Source: Nitrososphaerota archaeon (GTDB lineage Archaea > Thermoproteota > Nitrososphaeria > PSMU01). From it: DNA of 64,000 nucleotides. Below the pieces are notes generated by a model, which worked only from the letters and a program-made list of their open reading frames with translations, made no database searches and had not been told where the DNA came from. The stretch lies in the NCBI GenBank assembly GCA_040290255.1, contig PSMU01000002.1:128001-192000 (forward strand), given 5' to 3'. Position numbers and translations under genes: made by a program. This document shows positions 55,450 through 64,000 of the stretch, piece by piece; within the stretch, counting starts at the first letter, position 1, and every line of letters starts with the position of its first letter.

Positions 55450-57801
55450 CTAGATCAGGTAGAAGAGCGGGAAGAGGAAGACCCAGACGATGTCCACGAA
55501 GTGCCAGTAGAGGCCAAAGTACTCGATGGTGTGGTGGTTCTCCCGGCCATATGCGCCCTTGATGGCTCTGGCGATCAGGAAGCCGAGCACCACCAGGCCC
55601 GCCAGCACGTGGGCCCCGTGGGCGCCCGTCGTGACGAAATATGTGGAGGCCGGGAGGCCGCTGGAGAATGTGAAGCCCTTAAACAAGAGCTCGGTCCACT
55701 CAAAGTACTTATTGATGAGGAAGAGCGCGCCGAGGACGAGCGTGGCAGCCAGGCTCGCGATGACCCCCTTCCTGTTATCCGTCTTCGCCAGCGCCAGGGC
55801 CAAAACGGCGGTGAGGCTGCTGGTGAGCAGGATGAAGGTGTTGAGCGCGCCTATGTACAGGTCGTGCACGGTGGGGCCCGGCGGCCAGCTCACGCTCGCG
55901 AGCCTCACGAAGAGGTAGCTGCTGATGAAGGTGCCGAAGAGCACGACCTCTGAGGCCAGGAAGATCCACATGCCCAGCTTGACGCGCTCGACCCTCTCAA
56001 AGGGCCACCGCTCCCCCTCGGGCTCCTCCCTCGCGATGAACCTCTCCCTGAGCCATCCCGAAGCAGCCACGAGGGCCAGGATTAGGCCCAGCGCCATGAT
56101 GGGCACGGAGACAAAGACGACGCCGGCCAAACCCACAAAGGCCGCGAGGGCCAGCAGCGGGGGCCACCGGCTTAGATGCGTCTCCTCCAGCTGCACGAGC
56201 TCGGCATGCACCGCGCCATTAGCGCGCGTGAGCATCGGGCCCTGAGGCGTAAAGATGGGGGGAAGGTCGAAGTCGTGCAGCGGGGGAGGCGAGGGCAGCT
56301 GCCACTCCAGCGTGGCGGCGCCCCAGGGGTTCGGCCCCGCCTGCGCGCCATGCCTTAGGCTATAGATGAAGTTGGCAAAGAGCAGGAGCTGGGCGGGGCC
56401 GAAGAGAAGGCCTCCAAGCGTGGCTAGATAATTCCAGGTGGCCCAGCCCATATCGGGCGAGTAGACGCCGATCCTCCTCGGCATATCGTAGAGGAAGAAC
56501 ATGGGGAAATACAGGAGGTTGAACCCCACCATGGAGAGGGCGAAGTGGAGCTTGCCCAGCCTTTCGCTGTACATGCGGCCCGTCATCTTGGGGTACCAGT
56601 AGTAGAGGCCGGCGAAGAGGCCCAGCAACGCGCCGCCGGCCATCACGTAATGAAAGTGAGCCACCACGAAGTAGCTTCCCCTGAGCGCGTAGTCCAGAGG
56701 CACGGAGCCCAGGAAGACGCCCGTGATGCCTCCGATTATGAAGATGGCTATCGTGCCCAGCGCGAAGAGCATGGGCGTGGTGAGCCTTATCCTCCCCCTC
56801 GCGAGCGTGTAGATCATTGAGAGGACCATCGCATCGAAGGGAAGCGAGATGCCGATCGTCGTGATGATGAAGGCCTTGAGCACGGCTTCGTTGATGCCCG
56901 TGTTGAACATGTGGTGACCCCAGACAAGGAAGCTCTGCAGGGCGACGAGCGCCATAGAGCCCATTATGTACTTGCGGCCGAAGAGCGGCCTGCCCGCAAA
57001 TGTGGGCAGGATGTCACAGATGACGCCGAAGGCCGGGAAGAGCACGATGTAGACCTCCGGATGGCCGAAGAACCAGAAGAGGTGAGCCCAGAGGATGGCG
57101 CCGCCCTCGGGAGATGTGAAGTAGAGCGTGCCGAGGAGCCTGTCCGAGGTCAGCAGCAGCAGCGCGGCGATGAGGGGAGGAAAGGCGAAGAGCATCATGA
57201 GTACCGTCATCAGGATGCCCCACGTGAACATGGGGAGCTGCCTCAGCTTAAGGCCCCTGGCCCTGGAGCGCAGGATGGTCACGAGGAAGTTCACCGTGGA
57301 CATCGTCACCGAGGCGGCCAGCATCACCACACCTAGCCCTCCGGCCTGGAGGCCCACATACGGAAGGAAGCGCGCGGTGGTGAGCGGCGCGTACAACGTC
57401 CACCCCGCCGCGAAGCCCCCTCCCACGAAGAAGTTGAGCAGCACCAGGTTTCCCCCGAAGAGGTAGAACCAGTAGCTGAGGGCATTGAGCCTGGGGTACG
57501 CGAGGTCCCTGGCCCCTATCTGAAGGGGCACTATATAATTGGCCAGCGCAAAGGCCAGCGGGGAGACCACGAAGAGGATCATCAGTATGCCGTGCGCGGA
57601 GACGGCCTCGTTGTAGGCGTTCAGCGATAGCAGGTTATTGTTGGGCTGGGCCAGCTGCGCCCTTATCAGCAGGCCCAGGGCCCCGGCGACGAGCAGAAAG
57701 TATAGCGAGGTGGCCAGGTAGAGTATGCCTATGTCCTTATGGTTCGTGGTGAAGAGCCACCTCCTGAGGGAGGTGTAGGGGGGCAGTGGGTCGCCCGGCA
57801 C
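55450..57801 (-). CDS. Heme-copper oxidase subunit I/III fusion (A1-type motif, SoxM-like architecture)
   Basis: TNHKDIG, DLAYPRLN, WFFGHPEVY, VWGHHM and AHFHY motifs; C-terminal FLASE, TGAHGAHV and YWHFVD belong to subunit III. Confidence 0.95.
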   Translation of the reverse strand: MPGDPLPPYTSLRRWLFTTNHKDIGILYLATSLYFLLVAGALGLLIRAQLAQPNNNLLSLNAYNEAVSAHGILMILFVVSPLAFALANYIVPLQIGARDLAYPRLNALSYWFYLFGGNLVLLNFFVGGGFAAGWTLYAPLTTARFLPYVGLQAGGLGVVMLAASVTMSTVNFLVTILRSRARGLKLRQLPMFTWGILMTVLMMLFAFPPLIAALLLLTSDRLLGTLYFTSPEGGAILWAHLFWFFGHPEVYIVLFPAFGVICDILPTFAGRPLFGRKYIMGSMALVALQSFLVWGHHMFNTGINEAVLKAFIITTIGISLPFDAMVLSMIYTLARGRIRLTTPMLFALGTIAIFIIGGITGVFLGSVPLDYALRGSYFVVAHFHYVMAGGALLGLFAGLYYWYPKMTGRMYSERLGKLHFALSMVGFNLLYFPMFFLYDMPRRIGVYSPDMGWATWNYLATLGGLLFGPAQLLLFANFIYSLRHGAQAGPNPWGAATLEWQLPSPPPLHDFDLPPIFTPQGPMLTRANGAVHAELVQLEETHLSRWPPLLALAAFVGLAGVVFVSVPIMALGLILALVAASGWLRERFIAREEPEGERWPFERVERVKLGMWIFLASEVVLFGTFISSYLFVRLASVSWPPGPTVHDLYIGALNTFILLTSSLTAVLALALAKTDNRKGVIASLAATLVLGALFLINKYFEWTELLFKGFTFSSGLPASTYFVTTGAHGAHVLAGLVVLGFLIARAIKGAYGRENHHTIEYFGLYWHFVDIVWVFLFPLFYLI

Positions 57802-57872
57802 GCCCGTCGGAGGGGTCAGGTTATATTAAAGCTTGGCCCTAACATCTGAGGCCGCCCTTTAAGCAGCAGAGC

Positions 57873-58502
57873 TCAACCGGCGCGAGTAAGGTTTAGGCTT
57901 GAATACCACCTATCAAAGGCGGCCCCGTCCACGACGGTGACGACGGCCTTCATCAGCGCATGGCCGACGCCGCAGAGCTCGAAGCACTGTACGTGGTAGA
58001 CCCCCGTCTGGTTGGCCACGAACCAGATCCTGTTGACTTGGCCAGGTATGGCATCGATGGCCGCGCTGCCGAACTCTATAATGGCGAACTTATGGTATAC
58101 ATCTTGGCTCGTCACGTTCAGGACGATGGGCCGCCCGGCGGGAAGCGTGAGGTTGCCTATGCTGCTGAAGCCGTTGGGGTAGATGAACCTCCAGCCGAAC
58201 TGAAAGCCTATGACCTGCACGTTGAAGGCCTCCCCAGGAGGAGGAAGGGTGTTAAGGTACTCCAGCCTATCGACCGAGAGCGAGATCAGAGAAACGACCA
58301 CCAGCGTGCTCAGCGCCATCGAGAGAAGGAGCTCCCTCCCTTCCCTTGCATGGGGCTGTGAGGATCCCTGAGCCCTGGAGGCCCTATACCTCCAGATGAG
58401 GTAGATCATGTAGCCTATGACCACGGCGCCGACGAGCGTGCCCAACACCGTGAATAGGAAGAAGAGCTGGGAGAAGACCTCGGCCGAAGTCGAGACGGCC
58501 AT
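57873..58502 (-). CDS. Heme-copper oxidase subunit II (CuA)
   Basis: Two TM helices; QFGWRFIY, DVYH, DAIPG and CFELCGVGHALM motifs; no CxxCH. Confidence 0.93.
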   Translation of the reverse strand: MAVSTSAEVFSQLFFLFTVLGTLVGAVVIGYMIYLIWRYRASRAQGSSQPHAREGRELLLSMALSTLVVVSLISLSVDRLEYLNTLPPPGEAFNVQVIGFQFGWRFIYPNGFSSIGNLTLPAGRPIVLNVTSQDVYHKFAIIEFGSAAIDAIPGQVNRIWFVANQTGVYHVQCFELCGVGHALMKAVVTVVDGAAFDRWYSSLNLTRAG

Positions 58503-59158
58503 CCGCCTCGCGCCCGTGCTGCGAGCTTTTAGGCTTTATGGGTTTACCTCCTGGCTTCTCTTCACCTCAGGGACTCGGAGCCCTGTGGAGCGGGCTGCGA
58601 GGAGAAACAGGTGAGTAAAGGCCTGCTGGATCGAAGGGATGATATCATGGCTTCAAGGGCGCTCCTCCTGCAGGGGTTGCAGTAGCCCCTGCGCCGGACT
58701 TGAGCGTTGTGCCCGTGGTGTGTCTGTAAATGATCATGAGGCTCCTCTGAAACTGCTTCTAGATGCCCGCGTATGAGCGCCCCTTGTGATATAGCCCAAT
58801 GGTTTCGGCGTGCTCATGGTCCGGCACCGCCGAGGATCCGGCCTTCTCAAGGTGTTCAACCTCGCCCCTGCAACCCTTATGTCCGGCTATCTGGGGAGGT
58901 CCACTTCAGGTTTCTTTTGCCATGGGGGGAGGGTGGCTGTCCCACGCTCGGGCCCGGGAGCTCCTCGTCGTCACCACGCAGGGTACCAAGGGAACGATTC
59001 AGAGGATAGGGCACGGGGGCCGAACCACGCCGACCAGCGCCGTGTGGACCCTGGCTAACGTTTGGCCCTGGCCGCGCCCACCGCAAAGATACGAAAGGCC
59101 ACGTGATGGGCTAAATATATCTGCGGAAAAGGCATCTATCGTCGGAGGTGGGTATGAG

Positions 59159-59596
59159 TTGTCGGGTAAACCCGTCAAGAACAGCGTAGAATGCTGGATA
59201 ATCCGCCGCATGGTGGATGCGGAGGATGCCGTGCTCCTCTTGCACGTGGCGGCGAGCCCTGACATTCCAACCGGTTTCTGGCAGCCCATTACGGGCGGAA
59301 TCAAGGAAGGCGAGACCTCGCGCGAGGCTTGCGTCCGGGAGATCTATGAAGAGACGTCCCTGAGGGTACGGGCTGAGGATGTCCACCAGATTCCCGGCCA
59401 CTGGGAGTTTGAGCTCCCGCACCAGGTCATTCATAAGGATGTGTATTGGGTCGAGACCCGTGAAGCGGCCATTCGGATCGCCCTAGGGGAGCACGACGAC
59501 TGGAAGTGGGTGCCCATCTCGGCGGTGGAGGCGGAGCTGTACTGGGAATCCAACCGACGCACGTGGGCGGCAGTGCGCGACTGCCTGCGGCCGTGA
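59159..59596 (+). CDS. Nudix hydrolase (NudB-like)
   Basis: FWQPITGGIKEGETSREACVREIYEET Nudix box, EHDDWKW and WESNR motifs. GGAGG lies upstream of TTG 59159; codon usage is unlike the host's. Confidence 0.85.
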   Translation: MSGKPVKNSVECWIIRRMVDAEDAVLLLHVAASPDIPTGFWQPITGGIKEGETSREACVREIYEETSLRVRAEDVHQIPGHWEFELPHQVIHKDVYWVETREAAIRIALGEHDDWKWVPISAVEAELYWESNRRTWAAVRDCLRP

Positions 59597-59770
59597 AACT
59601 AGAGATATAACGCTACATCACCGGCTTTGAGCGGTTTGGCGTCCGCTTTGATTTGTACGGCATGCAACCGAAGTTGGGGATCTCGTTTCCCGTCGTCTCC
59701 GGCCATTCTTCCGAATGGCGGCCCGGCCCACTGGTTTACTGGGGCTGGGCTTGGATAGCGCATTTGTCCC

Positions 59771-60220
59771 TCAACCCGAGGGGGCCTCCGGGCTCTTCTC
59801 CAGGAACCTGACCAGCGACTTTATCCTCCTCAGCGCCTCCTCGTTCAGGTAGTGCTCCACGCCCTCGACCGTTGCGTGGGCCTTGGCCTTGTCGAGCCCC
59901 AGCAGCATGAAGAACTTGACCAGGACGCCGTGCCTTTCATGTAACGCGCGGGCGACGCGCACGCCCTTGTCGGTGAGCTTGATGCCCCTGTAACGCTCGT
60001 AGGAGATCAGCTCCTGGGATTCCAGGCGCTTAAGCATCTTGCTCGCCGTGGGGGGGCTCACGTGCAGTATCTCGGCGACGTCCACGAGCCTTGCATAGCC
60101 CTTCTCCCTAAGCAGCTCGTAGAGCAGCTCCAGATAATCCTCCGCCCTGGGGGAGCGCGCCTTGGGCTTGGGCCTGTGGGCGCGCCGCAGCTCCTCCAGG
60201 CGGCCGTCACCCGCAAGCAC
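59771..60220 (-). CDS. DtxR/MntR-family metal-dependent regulator
   Basis: EDYLELLYEL, ARLVDVA..L.VSPPTASKM, LT.KG, RH..L..FF and EGVEH motifs. Confidence 0.9.
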   Translation of the reverse strand: MLAGDGRLEELRRAHRPKPKARSPRAEDYLELLYELLREKGYARLVDVAEILHVSPPTASKMLKRLESQELISYERYRGIKLTDKGVRVARALHERHGVLVKFFMLLGLDKAKAHATVEGVEHYLNEEALRRIKSLVRFLEKSPEAPSG

Positions 60221-60274
60221 TCTTCACGGCGCTCATCGCCATGAGATATTAACCTTCCGCTTCACGCTGGGCGC

Positions 60275-60859
60275 TCAGGACGAAGGGCCCCGAACGATGA
60301 AGGGGGCCGCCATGCCCAGCTCGGCATGGCCGGGCACGGGGCAGATGTAGTAATAGGTGCCGGGCGTGGTGACCTTGAAGATGACCTCCCCCCTGGCCCC
60401 TGGCGCTAGGGGCTGGGCGGCCGAGCCTATCTCCGCGCCCTGGATGGCCAGCATGGCGCCCGTCCTGGGCTCCTTGGCCACCATGAAAGAATGCGCCGTC
60501 GAGCCCTCGTTCAAGAAGATTATCTTAACCACGTCGCCCGCCTTTACGATTATGCTGTTGTTCTGGCTGCCCTGGACGGTGAAGTAATAGTCATGGGCTA
60601 TCACCGTGAACTGAACGGTGGGCGTCGGGCCCTGGCCGGGCGGCATCAGCTGCAGTGAAAAGCTGAAGACCGAAGGCGCGAGCAGCGAAACGATCACGCC
60701 GATGAAGAGAAGGAGAAAGGTGGTCATGATGGCCCCCAGCCAAAGCCTGCCGAGCATCCAAGATGAGATGCCCACCATGACGCCCAAGAGCACCAGTAGA
60801 AGCAGGAGCTTGGCCAGCGAGCCCACCTGTAGGACGAAGGGCAAGAGGGCCTCCGGCAC
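60275..60859 (-). CDS. Membrane-anchored type-1 blue copper protein (cupredoxin; sulfocyanin/plastocyanin-like)
   Basis: Two N-terminal TM helices; AHSF and YYYICPVPGHAELGM copper ligands. Confidence 0.88.
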   Translation of the reverse strand: MPEALLPFVLQVGSLAKLLLLLVLLGVMVGISSWMLGRLWLGAIMTTFLLLFIGVIVSLLAPSVFSFSLQLMPPGQGPTPTVQFTVIAHDYYFTVQGSQNNSIIVKAGDVVKIIFLNEGSTAHSFMVAKEPRTGAMLAIQGAEIGSAAQPLAPGARGEVIFKVTTPGTYYYICPVPGHAELGMAAPFIVRGPSS

Positions 60860-60910
60860 GCCGCGGGGCCGACGATAGGCCTATTAGCCTTTTTCTGCAG
60901 GCCGGCCCGG

Positions 60911-61447
60911 TTGCTCCCCGAAACCTACGCGCCAGCCGAGGACACGCTCCTGTTGATCGAGGGGCTTGAACACGTGAGGGCGCAGAGGGCCCTGGAGATG
61001 GGCACGGGCCCTGGCTATGTTGCTTTGGCGCTCGCGGCCAGGGCGGGCTACGTGGTCGCCTCCGAGGTAAGCAGGGCAGCCCTCGCCAGGGCCAGGGAAG
61101 TTCTGGGCCCGGTCAGGGAGAGGACGGACTTGGTGCTCTGCGATAGGGCGCAGGCCTTTCGTGACGCCTGCTTCGACTTTATCTGCTTTAACCCCCCTTA
61201 TGTAGGGGGCGGGCCGGTGGGGGACGAAACGACCGATGCAGGCACGAGGGCTCAGGTGCCCCTCGCATTCGTGTTGGATGCCCTCAGGGCGCTGTCCGGG
61301 GGAGGGAGGGTCCTTTTCGTGCTCTCCTCGCTCACGCCCCCTGGGCCCGTGCTGCGCGCCGTGAGGAGCATGGGATTGGCCTGTTCGCCGCTTAAGGCCA
61401 AGCGGCTCTTCTTCGAACAGCTCTATCTCATGGCCGTGGAGAAGTGA
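60911..61447 (+). CDS. HemK2/N6AMT1-like SAM methyltransferase
   Basis: YAPAEDT.LL, LEMGTGPG, FNPPY, SSL and FFEQL motifs. Confidence 0.85.
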   Translation: MLPETYAPAEDTLLLIEGLEHVRAQRALEMGTGPGYVALALAARAGYVVASEVSRAALARAREVLGPVRERTDLVLCDRAQAFRDACFDFICFNPPYVGGGPVGDETTDAGTRAQVPLAFVLDALRALSGGGRVLFVLSSLTPPGPVLRAVRSMGLACSPLKAKRLFFEQLYLMAVEK

Positions 61448-62154
61448 GCCCAGCCCGCGCGGGCCTCTGGATTAGGCCGAGCGACCCCTTGTACAACCTA
61501 GCGCTCGAGGAGGCCGTGTTTCACGAGGAGGACGCGCGTAGTACAGGGCCCCTTCTCTGGCTTTGGATCAACGACCCGTGCGTGGTCGTGGGCGTTGGCA
61601 CGCCGGTCGCCGAGTATGTGAACCTGGGCTTCTGCGCCGCGCGGGACATACGCGTGGCCAGGAGGATGAGCGGCGGCGGTGCGGTGTATCAGGATCGGGG
61701 GAACATAAACTGGAGCCTTATGGCTCCCCTCACTTGGTTTGGAGCCCGCGCACCCTCACAGCTCTATGCCCGTGCGGGCGGCTTCATCAGCGCGCTGCTG
61801 GGCAGGTTGGGCCTACGCGTGACCTTCATGCCTCCCAACAGGCTGGAGGCGAGCGGCAGGAAGGTGGGCGGAATCGCGGCCTACATCAAAAGCGATACCG
61901 CGCTCGTGCATGGCACGCTGCTCGTCAACGCCGACCTGCGCTCCCTTATGGCGGCGATCCGTAAGCATACGAGTCCCGTGCCCGTCTCCAACATAGGCCA
62001 GGGCTGGCGCGCGCCGAGGCTGGCCAAAGCGCTCTTTGAGATCCTTGTACAAGATGGAGCCTCCCGTTACATGCCGTCCCTCACCACCCGAAAAAGGGCG
62101 TGGAGCCTGCTAAACTTAAGGTACGGCAGCGCGGAGTGGACCTTCAGGCTGTAG
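61444..62154 (+). CDS. Lipoate-protein ligase A catalytic domain
   Basis: DPLYNLALEE, RRMSGGGAVYQD.GN, KVGG and HGTLL motifs; lacks the C-terminal accessory domain. Confidence 0.85.
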   Translation: MSPARAGLWIRPSDPLYNLALEEAVFHEEDARSTGPLLWLWINDPCVVVGVGTPVAEYVNLGFCAARDIRVARRMSGGGAVYQDRGNINWSLMAPLTWFGARAPSQLYARAGGFISALLGRLGLRVTFMPPNRLEASGRKVGGIAAYIKSDTALVHGTLLVNADLRSLMAAIRKHTSPVPVSNIGQGWRAPRLAKALFEILVQDGASRYMPSLTTRKRAWSLLNLRYGSAEWTFRL

Positions 62155-62193
62155 GCGCCGTAGGCCTAAAAGCGGGCTGGAGGCGGTAGGAGT

Positions 62194-63030
62194 GTGGAGT
62201 ACAGGCAGCTGGGCAGGGTCGGCGTGCGGGTCTCGGCGCTTGGCCTTGGGACGTGGGGCATAGGGGGCTTCTACAGGCCCGACCGCTCGGCCGATGCCGA
62301 GGCCGTGGAGGTAATTCGCTTCGCGGTGCAGCAGGGCATGAGCTTCATCGACACGGCGGAGATGTACGGGGCGGGGCACGCGGAGGAGCTGGTCGGGCAG
62401 GCCCTCAAGGATATGAGGGAGCAGGCGTTCATCGCCACGAAGGTCTCGCCGGAACACTTCGATTATGAGGGCGTGATGAGGGCTTGCGAGGCCAGCCTTA
62501 AGAGGTTGGGCACCAGCTATGTGGACCTCTACCAGCTACACTGGCCCAATCCCGCGATTCCGCTCAGGGAAACGATGAAGGCGATGGAGAGGCTTGTTGA
62601 GCTGGGAAAGGTAAGGCACATAGGCGTCAGCAACTTCTCCGTACAGGAGCTCGAGGAGGCGAGGGCCTGCCTCAGCCGGCACGAGGTCGTGTCCAACCAG
62701 GTGGAATACAGCCTGCTGGCGCGGCAGGTTGAGCGGGATGTTTTGCCCTACTGCCTCAGGGAGGGTATCTTGGTAATCGCTTACAGCCCCCTTGCCCGGG
62801 GCGCCCTCTTTAAGGGGAGAAGCCTTGAGGTGTTGAGATCCATAGGGGCAGCGTATGGCAAGACGCCGGCGCAGGTGGCCCTCAACTGGCTCCTCCGCAA
62901 GGAGGGCTTAGTAGCCATACCCAAGGCCCTGCGAAAGGAGCATGTCGTGGAAAACCTGGGCGCGGTCGGCTGGAGGCTCAGGCCCGAACACATCATGGCG
63001 CTCGAACAGGCCTTCCCGGCGGCACGCTAA
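62194..63030 (+). CDS. Aldo/keto reductase
   Basis: GLGTWG, IDTAEMYG, DLYQLHWP, IGVSNF, AYSPL and AIPK motifs. Confidence 0.94.
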   Translation: MEYRQLGRVGVRVSALGLGTWGIGGFYRPDRSADAEAVEVIRFAVQQGMSFIDTAEMYGAGHAEELVGQALKDMREQAFIATKVSPEHFDYEGVMRACEASLKRLGTSYVDLYQLHWPNPAIPLRETMKAMERLVELGKVRHIGVSNFSVQELEEARACLSRHEVVSNQVEYSLLARQVERDVLPYCLREGILVIAYSPLARGALFKGRSLEVLRSIGAAYGKTPAQVALNWLLRKEGLVAIPKALRKEHVVENLGAVGWRLRPEHIMALEQAFPAAR

Positions 63031-63064
63031 GCTCATAAGGGTCCCCGCCGGGACGCGCGCCACC

Positions 63065-64000
63065 ATGCGCCTTCGCCTTCGCCTCTACGCGTTGCTCTCG
63101 GGCATCTCGGGTAGCCTTGGGAACAACTTCGTACCCTATCAGGTTGCCGTCACGGGGGCCGCGGCGACCTCCGTGGCGTATGCTCAGGGCGTGAACGGCC
63201 TGGGCTCGGGCTTCGTGCAGGTCGTGGCCAGCGGCCCCATGGCCAGGAGCTCATGGAAGGCGGGTTGGCTGTTCGCCAGCACGCTGCTGTTAGGGCTTCT
63301 TTGGCTGCTCTTGCCGCTCTTCGCCTCAGGTGTGCCGTTGCTGATCCTCTTCACGCTGACCGTCCTGCTGGGCGGCCTGCAGGGGCTTGCCCTCCAGATG
63401 GTGGTGGGACACCACAGCCGGCCCTGGGCCCGGGGCAGGGACCTCTCCACGATAGCCTTCCTCAGCGGCCTCGGAGGCCTGCTCGCCTTTGCCCTGGCCG
63501 CGGTGCTTACTGGCATATACCACGACGTCCGCCTTCTCTACGGGCTAGCCGGCGCGATCTACGTTGCGGCCGCGGTCTGCGTCGCCGGCCTTGGGGAGGG
63601 GGGCGAAGCTCCTAGGCTCTACTGGCGTGAGAGCGAGGAAGATGCGCTGGCCATGAGGAAGTTCCTGCTGGCCTCCGGCGTCTTTGGGTTCTTCTGGGGC
63701 TTCGCCTGGCCGCTATTTACGCTGACCCAGGCCAAGGTCATCGGCATGAGGTACTACGAGTATTCCGTGGCGCAGCTGCTCGCCCTGCTCTCCACCTTGG
63801 CCTTCCAGCCCTTGGCCGGGGTCTTCGTGGACAAGGGGCCGAGAAAGGCGCTCTTCTTCAGCAGGCTGGGGCTCGCGGCCTTCCCACTCGGCTTCGCGCT
63901 CTCCACGAAGGCCTGGCAGGTCTACGTCATAAATGGCGCCACGGGGCTCATCAGCGCTCTCGTGAACATCTCGTCGGCGGGCTACATCTACGCCGCGGCC
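63065..64000 (+). CDS. MFS transporter (3'-truncated by window edge; absent from ORF track)
   Basis: Open frame from ATG 63065 to the window end (MRLRLRLYALLSGISGSLGNNFVP...FAWPLF...QPLAGVFVDKGPRK); multiple TM helices. Confidence 0.8.
   Translation, partial: MRLRLRLYALLSGISGSLGNNFVPYQVAVTGAAATSVAYAQGVNGLGSGFVQVVASGPMARSSWKAGWLFASTLLLGLLWLLLPLFASGVPLLILFTLTVLLGGLQGLALQMVVGHHSRPWARGRDLSTIAFLSGLGGLLAFALAAVLTGIYHDVRLLYGLAGAIYVAAAVCVAGLGEGGEAPRLYWRESEEDALAMRKFLLASGVFGFFWGFAWPLFTLTQAKVIGMRYYEYSVAQLLALLSTLAFQPLAGVFVDKGPRKALFFSRLGLAAFPLGFALSTKAWQVYVINGATGLISALVNISSAGYIYAAA

Noticed and set aside
58560-59050. Short ORFs between oxidase subunit II and the Nudix gene
   Set aside because: No recognisable motifs in any frame; likely decayed foreign DNA, so not called as CDS.

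Overview
This is GC-rich, densely packed DNA that looks archaeal: many genes start about 25-30 nt after a TATA-like box with no obvious leader, and Arg/Ile are often AGG/ATA. The likely source is an aerobic heterotrophic Thermoproteota lineage (inference). In order, the window holds: the 3' part of nadE; a four-gene split glutamate-synthase-like operon with two FMN-domain paralogues; assorted housekeeping and regulatory genes; an Lrp gene beside three boxes phased at 31 bp; a MacB-type ABC operon with a COG1361-like surface protein; and ilvE. Next is a visibly more AT-rich block (~17.3-27 kb: Xaa-Pro peptidase, ECF transporter with an unusual S component, hydantoinase/oxoprolinase A+B) bracketed by pseudogene debris. 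A ~17 kb molybdoenzyme locus follows, with two form-II CoxL-like subunits, CoxM/S/D/E/F/G, moaA/B/C/D/E, moeA, mocA, ModE and a Mo/W ABC transporter. The rest is a K+-independent H+-PPase, a DUF929+VKOR pair, thiolase/SCP2, LhgO-like oxidase, cysteine synthase, flippase, an A-family heme-copper oxidase with fused subunits I/III, a foreign-looking Nudix gene with attC-like flanks, a DtxR-family regulator, a membrane cupredoxin, and a 3'-truncated MFS gene. I saw no tRNA, rRNA, CRISPR array, transposase or integrase. All calls rest on motif recognition by eye; no database searches were run.
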